Of a DNA stretch of 64,000 nucleotides, positions 34,466 to 43,351 are shown piece by piece. The stretch lies in IMG/VR virus record IMGVR_UViG_3300020182_000025. One strand, written 5' to 3'. Each line of letters begins with the position of its first letter. The stretch's first letter is position 1. The stretch comes from a virus. The notes under the pieces were generated by a model that was given only the letters and a program-made list of their open reading frames with translations, made no database searches and had not been told where the DNA came from. The position numbers were made by a program, and so were the translations under genes.

Positions 34466-34927
34466 TTATCTATCTAAACTTGCCAAGTTCTCAAGCCTTA
34501 CCATTAATCTTTCAGCACGATTAGATACCTGATTATACCATCGTGAATCTCTACCTTCTTTTGCTGCTTCTGTCCAATCACCTGCTTCTATTGCAGCATT
34601 GAACTTCTTGAATCCACTGAGACGAGGACGTCCCATGTTGAACATCATGTTAACCAGGATCTGCTGGACCTCGTCTGGGAAATTTCTAAATTGCCCTTCT
34701 CCGTATAGAGTGCTACACTCTCCGATGGCAATATCAAGGTCTCTTTCAAAACAGTCCCTGACTCTTTCCTCACTAACTGGAGTTCCAACCGGCCTTCCAT
34801 ATTCCTCGTCACTTTCGAGGATAAGATGACCGACTCCGAAGGTAGGATAGCCGAGGTGATCTTCATATATGACATATTCTACCCCTTCGTCTATTTTTAA
34901 TTGATTAAATACTGCTTCTCTGTTCAT
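34466..34927 (-). CDS. T4-type lysozyme (GH24), probable endolysin
   Basis: DEG....Y.DHLGYPTFGVGHL, NMMFNMG, DSRWYNQV..RA.R. Confidence 0.9.
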   Translation of the reverse strand: MNREAVFNQLKIDEGVEYVIYEDHLGYPTFGVGHLILESDEEYGRPVGTPVSEERVRDCFERDLDIAIGECSTLYGEGQFRNFPDEVQQILVNMMFNMGRPRLSGFKKFNAAIEAGDWTEAAKEGRDSRWYNQVSNRAERLMVRLENLASLDR

Positions 34928-35531
34928 TTAAAAATGCTCCAAAAGATAATCTAGTCTGGTCTTCTTGTAGTCCCATGCCACTACGAGTAGCTTGAAATAA
35001 TTTTTTAGCGTGTTCGTCAGATGCATTAGGATGCAAACCTGACTTGAATGATTTATAATCGTTGTTAGATGCATGCGCCCGCATCTTTGTACCACTAACA
35101 CCTGTTGTGCCTTCTGCATCTGGATCTCTGTGACCTGCAGAGACTACTTTGAGATGTTTGAAGTGATACTGACCGTTAGGGCCATTGTATTTATCAGCGA
35201 GTTTTTGAAACTCTTCTACTCTATCTGAACCCGCAACCATTGTAGCGTGTGTGTATCCATCTTTATGTAGTTTGGCTAAATGAGCCATGAAATGAGGATG
35301 TTCTTTTGTTGATGCTTCCACGTTTGCGTCTGGATGAACATGCTTCACATAGTCAACTTTGTGCTGACCTGATAAAGGATTCTTGTGCTTGTCCTGTGAG
35401 TGACTGACAATCACCTTGTGGTCAGCACCGTGCGTTTCAGCAGTTTTCATAACGTGGTCAACAACTTTACTGTGACCAGCAGTGGGTGGGTTGAACCTCC
35501 CGAAACTGAATACCATATGCTTATCAGCCAT
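34905..35531 (-). CDS. HIGH-family nucleotidyltransferase (cytidyltransferase/NMNAT-like)
   Basis: FSFGRFNPPTAGH, AGSDRV, SGTKMR. Confidence 0.8.
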   Translation of the reverse strand: MADKHMVFSFGRFNPPTAGHSKVVDHVMKTAETHGADHKVIVSHSQDKHKNPLSGQHKVDYVKHVHPDANVEASTKEHPHFMAHLAKLHKDGYTHATMVAGSDRVEEFQKLADKYNGPNGQYHFKHLKVVSAGHRDPDAEGTTGVSGTKMRAHASNNDYKSFKSGLHPNASDEHAKKLFQATRSGMGLQEDQTRLSFGAFLNEQRSSI

Positions 35532-36712
35532 TAGTCACCTGCCCTCGCAAAGTTTGCGGCACTGAATTCGTGTCTGTGTACAAGTTTAGAAGGTTTGCCG
35601 TTGTGATGTATTACATAACCTTCAGGGTTTGTAGGTGCGCCTGCTATCTCGTGTCCAATTGTATTGTGTGAATTGAGTGCGTCTGTTAGCACTCCTTTCG
35701 CTTTCTGTAAATGTTGCTGCATCGCAATAACATTTTCAATGTGTTCTTTATTCTTGTTTACATGGCTCATCGAGTCATCGTGAGTCTTAGTATGTCTTGC
35801 TTTTGCTGCGTCTGACTTGACACCAGCGACTTTCTTTTTCATTGCGGTAGAGTAGTGTTTGGCAAAACCATCATGTGATGGTGTAGAGCCGTCTCTCACA
35901 GTAGCGTTCATGTAAGTTTTGATTGGGTGATCGCCTCGGGGTTGAAGTGGTTGTATCTTGGACACAGCCTCATGTGCTGCCGAGGGTGTCTTCTTATACG
36001 CTTCTACTGCTGCATCCAAATGTTTTTTGTATTCTGATTGATCTGCCTGCGTGTAGTTTACTTTTGATAGGTCGTGATGTATAGGTAGCTGATGAACATC
36101 CGCATGATCTTGTAGTTCAGGGACATGTCCTTGCTTGACTTTCATATCCTCAAACTTTTTGCCCTCATATGCCGTATGAACAGCTACGCCTATGTGTGAG
36201 TTTACCGCTTTCTGTGCGTGTTCTGAATCAGCAGGATGATGATAAGTGATAGTGTTTGTCTTATATGACACACGATGCCCCTCGTGCTTAACATCGCCAG
36301 CATGCATGATGTCTGCTTGATAAACACCCTTGCCGTCATGTATTTTGGGCAGATGCGTCAGTGCTGCTGTAAGCTTTGATACTAGACCAGGAGCATGTCC
36401 GTGATTCTTTTCAATGTCTTCTGGTGTGTAGTTTAGCTTAGGATTCTTATTGAATACAGATTTAGAACCGACAAAGAATTTGCCATTCTCTGGGTGTGTA
36501 CCAAATACAACAGAAGGACTACCATCGTATTTCATGGTCACTTTAGTATTGTTGTCAGCGCCCTTTATTTTGTCATGCACACCGTTTAGTGTATGAAACG
36601 CATGAGCAAACCCCTCCGAACCACCGTGAACAACATGATCTTCCACATGTTCTAGGTGCTTCAGTTTCTCATCAGACGCTTCTTCAGCTAAAAATTTTGT
36701 AAATTTCATCAT
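35531..36712 (-). CDS. DUF6267-like protein with ligase-type nucleotidyltransferase motifs
   Basis: HLEHVED, TMKYDGSP (KxDG), YQADIM, PEGYVI, KLV. Confidence 0.65.
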   Translation of the reverse strand: MMKFTKFLAEEASDEKLKHLEHVEDHVVHGGSEGFAHAFHTLNGVHDKIKGADNNTKVTMKYDGSPSVVFGTHPENGKFFVGSKSVFNKNPKLNYTPEDIEKNHGHAPGLVSKLTAALTHLPKIHDGKGVYQADIMHAGDVKHEGHRVSYKTNTITYHHPADSEHAQKAVNSHIGVAVHTAYEGKKFEDMKVKQGHVPELQDHADVHQLPIHHDLSKVNYTQADQSEYKKHLDAAVEAYKKTPSAAHEAVSKIQPLQPRGDHPIKTYMNATVRDGSTPSHDGFAKHYSTAMKKKVAGVKSDAAKARHTKTHDDSMSHVNKNKEHIENVIAMQQHLQKAKGVLTDALNSHNTIGHEIAGAPTNPEGYVIHHNGKPSKLVHRHEFSAANFARAGD

Positions 36713-36717
36713 GCTTA

Positions 36718-36725
36718 TATTTATA
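36718..36725 (-). promoter_or_regulatory. T4-type late promoter TATAAATA heading the 36.7-30.1 kb late block
   Basis: Exact match just upstream of the DUF6267 start; further exact minus-strand matches at 19285, 30086, 41743, 50663, 51876 and 55473. Confidence 0.8.
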
Positions 36726-37440
36726 ATAATTGAGAATACGAGAAGTTAATTTTTTCTTTTACTGTCCCAGCAAGGTTAGCAGGCATTCTTCTTGGTATTT
36801 TTATAACCATTGTTTCATTATCATATGTTATTTTATCTACTGAAGTATCTACATAAGTTTTTCTTGCACCACGAACTACAGTAAATCCTAAATGTTCTGA
36901 TATTTTTGACAGAGTAACCACTTTTTCCAAAAGGTCAATAAACTCACGGTCACCATAATGCCAGCCAGTAAATGATTCGTCATATCCGCCTGCTTCCCAG
37001 AATTTATATCTGTCAACTATGAATACGTTTGGATGACTTGGCCAAGGAAAATACTTGAAAGATTCAGTTACATACATACAAAATTTGTAAATTCTATCTG
37101 TATTGAAAGATACTGTTTTGAGAAATGCGATTACTTCTGGTGCAAACTGACAATCGATGTCAGAAAATAATATAAAGTCGCAGGAAGCAACTTTTGAAAT
37201 CAGGTTTCTACACCCGTGACTATTGAACCCCAAATCTTCGTCTACTACATAAAGATGAAAATATGGCAATTCAAGGTCTTTTACGATGTCATATGCTGGA
37301 TATTTTTGAGAGCCGTCATCTACTAAAATAATTTCTACTTCGTGAGGATATTTTTTCCAAAGCGATATTTGTTCAAGTAGTAGTTCAGGTTCATCGTAAT
37401 AGGTATAACCTATTGTAAATCTACAGTCCTTTGATGCCAT
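36721..37440 (-). CDS. GT-A glycosyltransferase (GT2/GT7-like)
   Basis: IILVDDGS, GFNSHGCRN, FSDID, GGYDESFTGWHYGD. Confidence 0.8.
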   Translation of the reverse strand: MASKDCRFTIGYTYYDEPELLLEQISLWKKYPHEVEIILVDDGSQKYPAYDIVKDLELPYFHLYVVDEDLGFNSHGCRNLISKVASCDFILFSDIDCQFAPEVIAFLKTVSFNTDRIYKFCMYVTESFKYFPWPSHPNVFIVDRYKFWEAGGYDESFTGWHYGDREFIDLLEKVVTLSKISEHLGFTVVRGARKTYVDTSVDKITYDNETMVIKIPRRMPANLAGTVKEKINFSYSQLL

Positions 37441-37768
37441 CCATTGCGTCCGTTACATCAATCTTAGTGACATCTTCTGCTGGAAAGTCAATTGTTCCGC
37501 CCTCTTGAAGCTGAAAATTTTCTCCGTGTGTCAGTGAATTGTTATCATACAGTTCAAAACCAGCATATATTTCTTTTACATCTACTTCTAACTTACCTTC
37601 GAGGATATGTTGAAACTTTGTTACTGCTGACCCAACGTCTTTCCATTTAGGTTCTTTCTTAAATCGTTCGATGATATATTCATTACCATCTACACATCGC
37701 CACATAGGGACTTCCATGTTGCCAATATTTTTAAAGATTTTAGTGCATGCGACTAATTTCAACTTCAT
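37421..37768 (-). CDS. Hypothetical protein
   Basis: ORF track. Confidence 0.6.
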   Translation of the reverse strand: MKLKLVACTKIFKNIGNMEVPMWRCVDGNEYIIERFKKEPKWKDVGSAVTKFQHILEGKLEVDVKEIYAGFELYDNNSLTHGENFQLQEGGTIDFPAEDVTKIDVTDAMDGIKGL

Positions 37769-37931
37769 TATAAAACTCCGGACATTGCTTAATTTCAGAT
37801 AAGTTCACATTATATTTAGTCGCTAATTTCTGTGCCTTATCATTCCAAAAAGATTTGAAGCTAGGATCTAATGCTCGTTGTCCTGCAACAACAACCTTAG
37901 CAATCTTTCGTTTTACATCATCATCGTTCAT
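37740..37931 (-). CDS. Small hypothetical protein (start revised to MNDDDVK)
   Basis: GGAG RBS before ATG 37931. Confidence 0.55.
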   Translation of the reverse strand: MNDDDVKRKIAKVVVAGQRALDPSFKSFWNDKAQKLATKYNVNLSEIKQCPEFYNEVEISRMH

Positions 37932-37947
37932 ATTAAACTCCCAATCT

Positions 37948-38418
37948 TCAAGGTACAGTTCTAGTACTTGTTTGTTTAGCATTGTAGATTCGCTCCCTTA
38001 GTTCAGTGGTAGAGAAGTTGTGTTCTCTTTTGTTGTAATGAATTTCAATACCACGAGCCTCGCAAATTTCCTTGCCTGTGAAATTGCAATTACGATATTC
38101 TTCACCAAGAATACGAATCTGAACATTCATGACCCGAAGCAAATCTTCTAAATCTTTTTCGGTTTGATAGACTACAATCTCATCGACATACTTTACCGCT
38201 TCAAGTTGAATGTATCTCTCTACCAAAGATTGAATAGGCTTGTTTTTACTTGTAGGCCTGTCGATTGTAGGATCAGTTTGAAGCGCACATATAAGATAGC
38301 CGCACTGATTGTGCGCCTCTTTGAGCATAGTGATATGACCTGCATGTAGTAGATCAAAAGTAGACGCTGTTATACCTCTAGTGTACTCAAAATTATCTCT
38401 ACTCTGCTGCATTTTCAC
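37948..38418 (-). CDS. Glycerol-3-phosphate cytidylyltransferase-like protein (TagD family)
   Basis: TASTFDLLHAGH, LQTDPTIDRP..KN.PIQS, REHNFSTT. Confidence 0.85.
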   Translation of the reverse strand: MKMQQSRDNFEYTRGITASTFDLLHAGHITMLKEAHNQCGYLICALQTDPTIDRPTSKNKPIQSLVERYIQLEAVKYVDEIVVYQTEKDLEDLLRVMNVQIRILGEEYRNCNFTGKEICEARGIEIHYNKREHNFSTTELRERIYNAKQTSTRTVP

Positions 38419-38953
38419 AAGACTCCAATAGATCGACTTCTATCACATGAACTCGATCATTAACAAAGTCATGCCAACCGTCATCTTCCCATGGATCATA
38501 CTCATCAGAATCTTCTGGCACTTCTTCTCCGTTGGCAGAAAGATATGACATACGAGCTTCGACCAAATCTTCGTAGTACTCTTCGTCTGCTATGATGTAG
38601 CCGTCATGATATAAAGCTGAGCCAACAAAGTTGTAACCTTCATCTGTAAATTGACAAGTAATTCGAACCTTCTCGTCAATTTCTAATAAATGGTCACCTA
38701 ACAACTCAACAAAAGGTAATACAGCAGACCATGCTGAGGTAACGCAAGCATAATCATCGGCAGCATCTTCGACAAATGCCCATTTTGCGCCTACTGAATC
38801 TATGTCTACCTTACCATCTTCGTTTCTTGGAAGAAACTCGGCATCAAACAATGACTTGTCATCAGCAATAAGTCCTCCAAAGATTCGCTCAAATTCGGCT
38901 TCTGCTTCTGCACTGCCTTGAACTTGAATGTAGTTATCAACATGATTTGCCAT
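38399..38953 (-). CDS. Acidic hypothetical protein (DUF1281/YubB-like)
   Basis: MANHV.N.I, GAKW, SAWS pattern. Confidence 0.5.
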   Translation of the reverse strand: MANHVDNYIQVQGSAEAEAEFERIFGGLIADDKSLFDAEFLPRNEDGKVDIDSVGAKWAFVEDAADDYACVTSAWSAVLPFVELLGDHLLEIDEKVRITCQFTDEGYNFVGSALYHDGYIIADEEYYEDLVEARMSYLSANGEEVPEDSDEYDPWEDDGWHDFVNDRVHVIEVDLLESCENAAE

Positions 38954-39010
38954 ATTACCTCCTAATGAATTTGAGTGGGCAGTTTCGCATCATGCCCAGG
39001 ATATTAGTTC

Positions 39011-39298
39011 TTAGCCGAAGACTGAAGAACCCGCTGCTGCATAAGCTGCTGCAATCATCGCACGGCTAGGACGGCCTAGACGATAAGCAGTTTTGCCAGC
39101 CTTGTTTACATTAGCGTAAACAGGGTAGCCTGCTGCACGGAGTTCCTGAACACGGGCGCTTACACGCTTAACACCGAACATAGAAGCCGCTTGTGCTTCA
39201 GTCAAAGATTGACCTGAACGGAGGAACTTGAGGATCTTCTCGTTCTGGTTCTTAGCAGGAGCTGCCTTAGCAGTTTTAGTTGTAGTAGTTGTAGCCAT
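39011..39298 (-). CDS. Winged-helix DNA-binding protein
   Basis: KILKFL..G.SLT...A...FGV.RVSARVQELR..GY. Confidence 0.7.
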   Translation of the reverse strand: MATTTTTKTAKAAPAKNQNEKILKFLRSGQSLTEAQAASMFGVKRVSARVQELRAAGYPVYANVNKAGKTAYRLGRPSRAMIAAAYAAAGSSVFG

Positions 39299-39387
39299 AA
39301 TTAAATCACCTTTACATTTACATTAAAAATTAAACGACTTTACGGTCGCTATTTGAGATCACTCTCAAATTCTTTAAACATGCTGAC

Positions 39388-39416
39388 ATTATACACAATA
39401 GGAGGTACAATGTCAA
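39388..39416 (-). promoter_or_regulatory. Early sigma70-type promoter
   Basis: TTGACA, 17 bp, TATAAT. Confidence 0.8.
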
Positions 39417-39419
39417 GCA

Positions 39420-39629
39420 TTAAAATTTCTCAATTTCGTTAGTGGCAAGATTACGCATCTCAAGGACGACATACGAAACCTTAGGACTTTGAGTCACCGA
39501 ACCTGCCCATGTACAAGCATCATTCCAGGTTAGAAATCCCATTTGCTCACATGTGTGCATGCCTTCTTTCATACCATCTAGATGATACTTGACCATTTCG
39601 ACCTGACAAGGATAGTTAGATGTTTTCAT
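39420..39629 (-). CDS. Early hypothetical protein
   Basis: TAATG-coupled start at 39629. Confidence 0.6.
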   Translation of the reverse strand: MKTSNYPCQVEMVKYHLDGMKEGMHTCEQMGFLTWNDACTWAGSVTQSPKVSYVVLEMRNLATNEIEKF

Positions 39630-39886
39630 TACACAAACTCCTTTGCCCATCGTTGGGCTGTCTCAAAATCAGGAGCGTACTCTAGCATTACGCCTAGAGC
39701 TTCCTCCATCTCAATACGATCCCTGTGGATCTCGTACTCAATCTGAGCATTGAGGCTATCACACTCTGCCTCAAGCTCCTCGGTGCTCCACTCGTCCCAA
39801 TTAAAGCGAGGGCGAATGCCATTCAGCTCCTTAAATCTGTCTGAAATGTAGCTAACTAAATCGTCACGGTTCCAAGTATTGTTCAT
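39629..39886 (-). CDS. Early hypothetical protein
   Basis: Start after the GTGAGGG leader; promoter TTGACA-17-TATAAT at 39956-39928. Confidence 0.65.
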   Translation of the reverse strand: MNNTWNRDDLVSYISDRFKELNGIRPRFNWDEWSTEELEAECDSLNAQIEYEIHRDRIEMEEALGVMLEYAPDFETAQRWAKEFV

Positions 39887-39963
39887 AATATAAGCCCTCA
39901 CAGCTTGTTTTTTCATTCTATGCGTACATTATAGCAACTATTAGGGCAAATGTCAAGCATTAT

Positions 39964-40161
39964 TTAAACTAATTTAGCTATCCACGCCTGCTTGAATTCC
40001 TCAAGTAGGTATTCATTCTCAGCGGCTTGGAGCAAAGTGTCGCCATTACATATGACAACCTCAGATGAATCAGCGTTATCCATGATGTATTCTTGGTATT
40101 CATTAAATATGTCATTAACATCATTTTCCATATTGTTTTCAAACAGTCTTTCTTTATTCAT
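39964..40161 (-). CDS. Acidic early hypothetical protein
   Basis: GAGG RBS before ATG 40161. Confidence 0.6.
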   Translation of the reverse strand: MNKERLFENNMENDVNDIFNEYQEYIMDNADSSEVVICNGDTLLQAAENEYLLEEFKQAWIAKLV

Positions 40162-40177
40162 TATTTCATCCTCTTTT

Positions 40178-40435
40178 TTACATGCTCCAATAAGTTTCTG
40201 ATCTTGGTGAGCAATAGTATGGAGTGTCATAGCGTTCCTGAAACTCCTTGTCTCCCATAAAACTTTTGCGTGTCACATAGGTCTCGTGAATCTCATACCG
40301 CTCGTTGGCAGCAAGATGATCCTTGATTGACTTCTCCAAAATGCTCTTATTGTCTGTGTCATAATCCTTTTTAAGTACTAGACGCTCGCCTTCTTTGGTA
40401 CGACGGTCCGTTTTGTAAATTTCTACAGTGTACAT
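40178..40435 (-). CDS. Early hypothetical protein
   Basis: YKTDRRTKEGER...YYCSPRSETYWSM; follows tandem promoters. Confidence 0.65.
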   Translation of the reverse strand: MYTVEIYKTDRRTKEGERLVLKKDYDTDNKSILEKSIKDHLAANERYEIHETYVTRKSFMGDKEFQERYDTPYYCSPRSETYWSM

Positions 40436-40476
40436 AATATAAGCCCTCACAGCTTGTTTTCTCAGTTTATAAGTAC

Positions 40477-40585
40477 ATTATACAGACTATTTGGGTAGAT
40501 GTCAAGCTTTATTTTAACTTATTTGCCCTAGATAGATCAATGACTTACAACTAACTATTATAGCTGCTTTGGTATGAAGTGTCAA
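40477..40585 (-). promoter_or_regulatory. Two tandem early promoters
   Basis: TTGACA-17-TATAAT at 40505-40477 and at 40585-40557. Confidence 0.85.
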
Positions 40586-40677
40586 GCATTAAATTATCAT
40601 TAGAATCAATGACTTAAAAATCGCACCAGGCGCTCTGTGAGGCTCTCTGTGACATGGTATTTTTGTCTATAGTCTAG

Positions 40678-41382
40678 CTATATGATGAGAAAAGAAGCGT
40701 AGCTGCCTCGAGGACGAACGATTTCTGATGCAAATCCTTCAGTCGCTAAACGCTTTACTAACCACTCAGGATTGTATATTGTGAGCATATTAGAACAATT
40801 GTATTCAGCTTGAGTAAGAGTGTTTTCAACAATGAAATTATTGTCAAATAAGGTAAAAGTAGACTTACATTCGGCGATGTTAGACCTGAAGTCCACACAA
40901 GATCCGTATTCTTGGACTCTTCTCTGCCAAAACCATTTTGTGAGGACTTTATCTTCGGTAGATACAATGCTGAGGGCGATCTTCTTTGGACTTAAAGTTT
41001 TCATCCACTGAATTGTCAGTAGCAAGTCTAGAAAATCGGAGTGACTGAAAACGCTGTACGAGAAAATATAGTCAACGCTTCCATTTTTTAGGGTAGGATA
41101 GTCGGCGTGGTAGCTGCCGTTGTGATTGTATACCCAATTATATTTGTTGTACTTTAGAAATTCTGCTTTTGGAAAATCTTTCTTACCAATAGACAGTGCT
41201 TCGTTTTCCATATCAATGCAGGTATAGTTCTCTTCTTTTATTTCACCCTCTGAGAAGTATAGGAGATTTGCAGTATTGCCACCATAGTCTAGTACTGTCG
41301 AATCTCCTACTTCAACAAACATATCCTTGAACATAGGATATCTGTTGTGTTGTTCTTCTCTCGTATATAAGTTGTTCCACAT
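40678..41382 (-). CDS. Class I SAM methyltransferase
   Basis: VLDYGGNTANL, YTCID, DYIFSYSVFSH. Confidence 0.75.
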   Translation of the reverse strand: MWNNLYTREEQHNRYPMFKDMFVEVGDSTVLDYGGNTANLLYFSEGEIKEENYTCIDMENEALSIGKKDFPKAEFLKYNKYNWVYNHNGSYHADYPTLKNGSVDYIFSYSVFSHSDFLDLLLTIQWMKTLSPKKIALSIVSTEDKVLTKWFWQRRVQEYGSCVDFRSNIAECKSTFTLFDNNFIVENTLTQAEYNCSNMLTIYNPEWLVKRLATEGFASEIVRPRGSYASFLII

Positions 41383-41397
41383 AGTATAATTCTAACT

Positions 41398-41721
41398 TTA
41401 TTGTTTTTTAGTAAAAGCTTGCGCTCCGAAGAATGCTGCAACAATACCAGCAACAGCAACAAAATAAGTAGGTGCCATATCACCCAGTGTGTCTTGTGCC
41501 TGGTCTAACCCCACTAGTGATGCAACTACAACTGCAAAGGGATACAGTAGCATACCTCCAAGTGCAAACCAAGCCATCTTGCGTTGTGCGTCTCGCATTG
41601 CATCTTGGTCTTCAAGTTCTTTACGCCTGAACTCCATGTACATCGCCTGTTCTTTTTCGCTTACTTTACCATCACCGTTAGTGTCTGCGGGATGAAATTC
41701 TTTCTTAGTTTCTTCTGCCAT
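41398..41721 (-). CDS. EF-hand-like plus two-TM membrane protein
   Basis: DTNGDGKVSEKE loop and two hydrophobic helices; late promoter at 41750-41743. Confidence 0.65.
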   Translation of the reverse strand: MAEETKKEFHPADTNGDGKVSEKEQAMYMEFRRKELEDQDAMRDAQRKMAWFALGGMLLYPFAVVVASLVGLDQAQDTLGDMAPTYFVAVAGIVAAFFGAQAFTKKQ

Positions 41722-41753
41722 AGTGAGTACTCCTTTTCTCACTATTTATAGAA

Positions 41754-43145
41754 TTAAAATTTTATGCTACCATAGTCTTTTTCAACATTCAGATTCTTTC
41801 TGTCAAATACTGGAGTTTCATCATACTTAGAAGCACCCGAATCAGTCAGTCCTGCTTGTGGGTCTTCTAAGTCAAAGAGTTTCATTCTAGCTCTGTCTAC
41901 ACCAATCATAAATCGTTTGTTACTTGTAGGATCAGCATAACGATTCTTCAACTGCTTGACCATAATTACGCCTTGCTCTTCTAGCTCTTCAGTATTTATC
42001 AACGCTATCATAATATCTGCTGTAGCAGGAAGACCAAACGATTCTGAAGTATCTGTCAACTCAACATCGCTGTTACCGTAACCACCTCGGGTAGTCTGTG
42101 TAGCTGTAAATATGGGTAAGTTGAATTCACCCGCCAACCCTCGTAGCTCTTCTGCAATGCTTTTGATGATTGTGTAAGAATTTGCAGATGAACCAGCTTT
42201 GAATCTACTACTTGCACAAATATTTAGATAGTCAATAAAAATGATATCAGGAGAGAAGTCTTTCTTCAAAGTCAACTCGTTCAACAAAGACTTAAAGTGT
42301 CCTGCATGTGCAGATGCTGTAGGATATTCTTTGATGATAAGACGACCTTGAATCTTAGAATTAATCTTAGCAATTCTGTCATCAAACATCTGTTTAGACA
42401 AATCTTTCAACTGTCCAATAGGCAGATTCATTAAATTAGCATCGATTCGTTCAGCGATTCGCTCTTCTGACATTTCTAGTGTGATGTACAGAACATTTCT
42501 GCCCTGTGAAATATGAGCTGCTGCCATGTGACACATGAACAGAGATTTACCAACACCAGTACCAGCAAGAGCAACATTCAACGTCTTGTTTGACAACCCA
42601 CCTTCAGTAATTTTGTTGAACATTTCTAAATCGAACGGCAACTTCTCTTCTAACCTGTGATAGAACTCGTATCTATCTGAAGCATTGTCAATGTAATCAT
42701 GACCGACAGTGTTATCAAAACCGACGGCGAGTGCTTCTGATAGAATGCTAGGCAATGCATCTTTGCCCATGTCTTTGTTTCTACCGTCAATGATTTGAAT
42801 GCCTTCCATAATTGCATTGTACAGTGCTTTATCTTTACAAAACTTTTCAGTCTCATCTAGTAGCCACTGTTGCTTGCTATCACCTTGCTCAATATCGTTT
42901 ACGATCTCTTGAATCTCAATATACTGAGTTTCTGATACCGATTTATCATCAGTAGTAGAAATTATAATAGCTTGCTTTGACGGAGGTGCATTGTATTCAT
43001 TTACATATTGATTAATCTTATTAAATATTACTCGTTCTGATGCATTCGAAAAATATTCTGGCTTTAGAAAAGGTATAACCTTTCGAAGATAATCTTCATT
43101 GTAACATAGACCAGCTAGAATAATTCTTTCAATATTTTGTTGCAC
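41754..43145 (-). CDS. 41: Replicative DNA helicase (gp41-like)
   Basis: AGTGVGKS, YITLEMSEE, IFIDYLNI, ATQTTR, KNRY. Confidence 0.95.
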   Translation of the reverse strand: MQQNIERIILAGLCYNEDYLRKVIPFLKPEYFSNASERVIFNKINQYVNEYNAPPSKQAIIISTTDDKSVSETQYIEIQEIVNDIEQGDSKQQWLLDETEKFCKDKALYNAIMEGIQIIDGRNKDMGKDALPSILSEALAVGFDNTVGHDYIDNASDRYEFYHRLEEKLPFDLEMFNKITEGGLSNKTLNVALAGTGVGKSLFMCHMAAAHISQGRNVLYITLEMSEERIAERIDANLMNLPIGQLKDLSKQMFDDRIAKINSKIQGRLIIKEYPTASAHAGHFKSLLNELTLKKDFSPDIIFIDYLNICASSRFKAGSSANSYTIIKSIAEELRGLAGEFNLPIFTATQTTRGGYGNSDVELTDTSESFGLPATADIMIALINTEELEEQGVIMVKQLKNRYADPTSNKRFMIGVDRARMKLFDLEDPQAGLTDSGASKYDETPVFDRKNLNVEKDYGSIKF

Positions 43146-43351
43146 TAAATGTTTTCCTTAATAGTTTCTTTCACGAATTCTTCACGAATAGCTTCGACAC
43201 ATGCCTCACACAGATAAAGTTCTTCCTCATCTGTGTGAAAGCATACAGCGGTGTCAGATTCGTATATTGTAATTTGACATCGGTCACAAGCACCTTTAGT
43301 CTTCGATTGCTTCGTAGACATCTGCAATATCCTCTTCAGTAATTTCTTCAC
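43145..43351 (-). CDS. Small CxxC...CxxC protein (likely start 43321)
   Basis: CDRC...CEAC. Confidence 0.55.
   Translation of the reverse strand: MKKLLKRILQMSTKQSKTKGACDRCQITIYESDTAVCFHTDEEELYLCEACVEAIREEFVKETIKENI

Larger units (their letters stand above)
39884..40460. repeat. Two identical 28-bp leader/RBS copies, CATAATATAAGCCCTCACAGCTTGTTTT
   Basis: Copies at 39884-39911 and 40433-40460. Confidence 0.9.
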
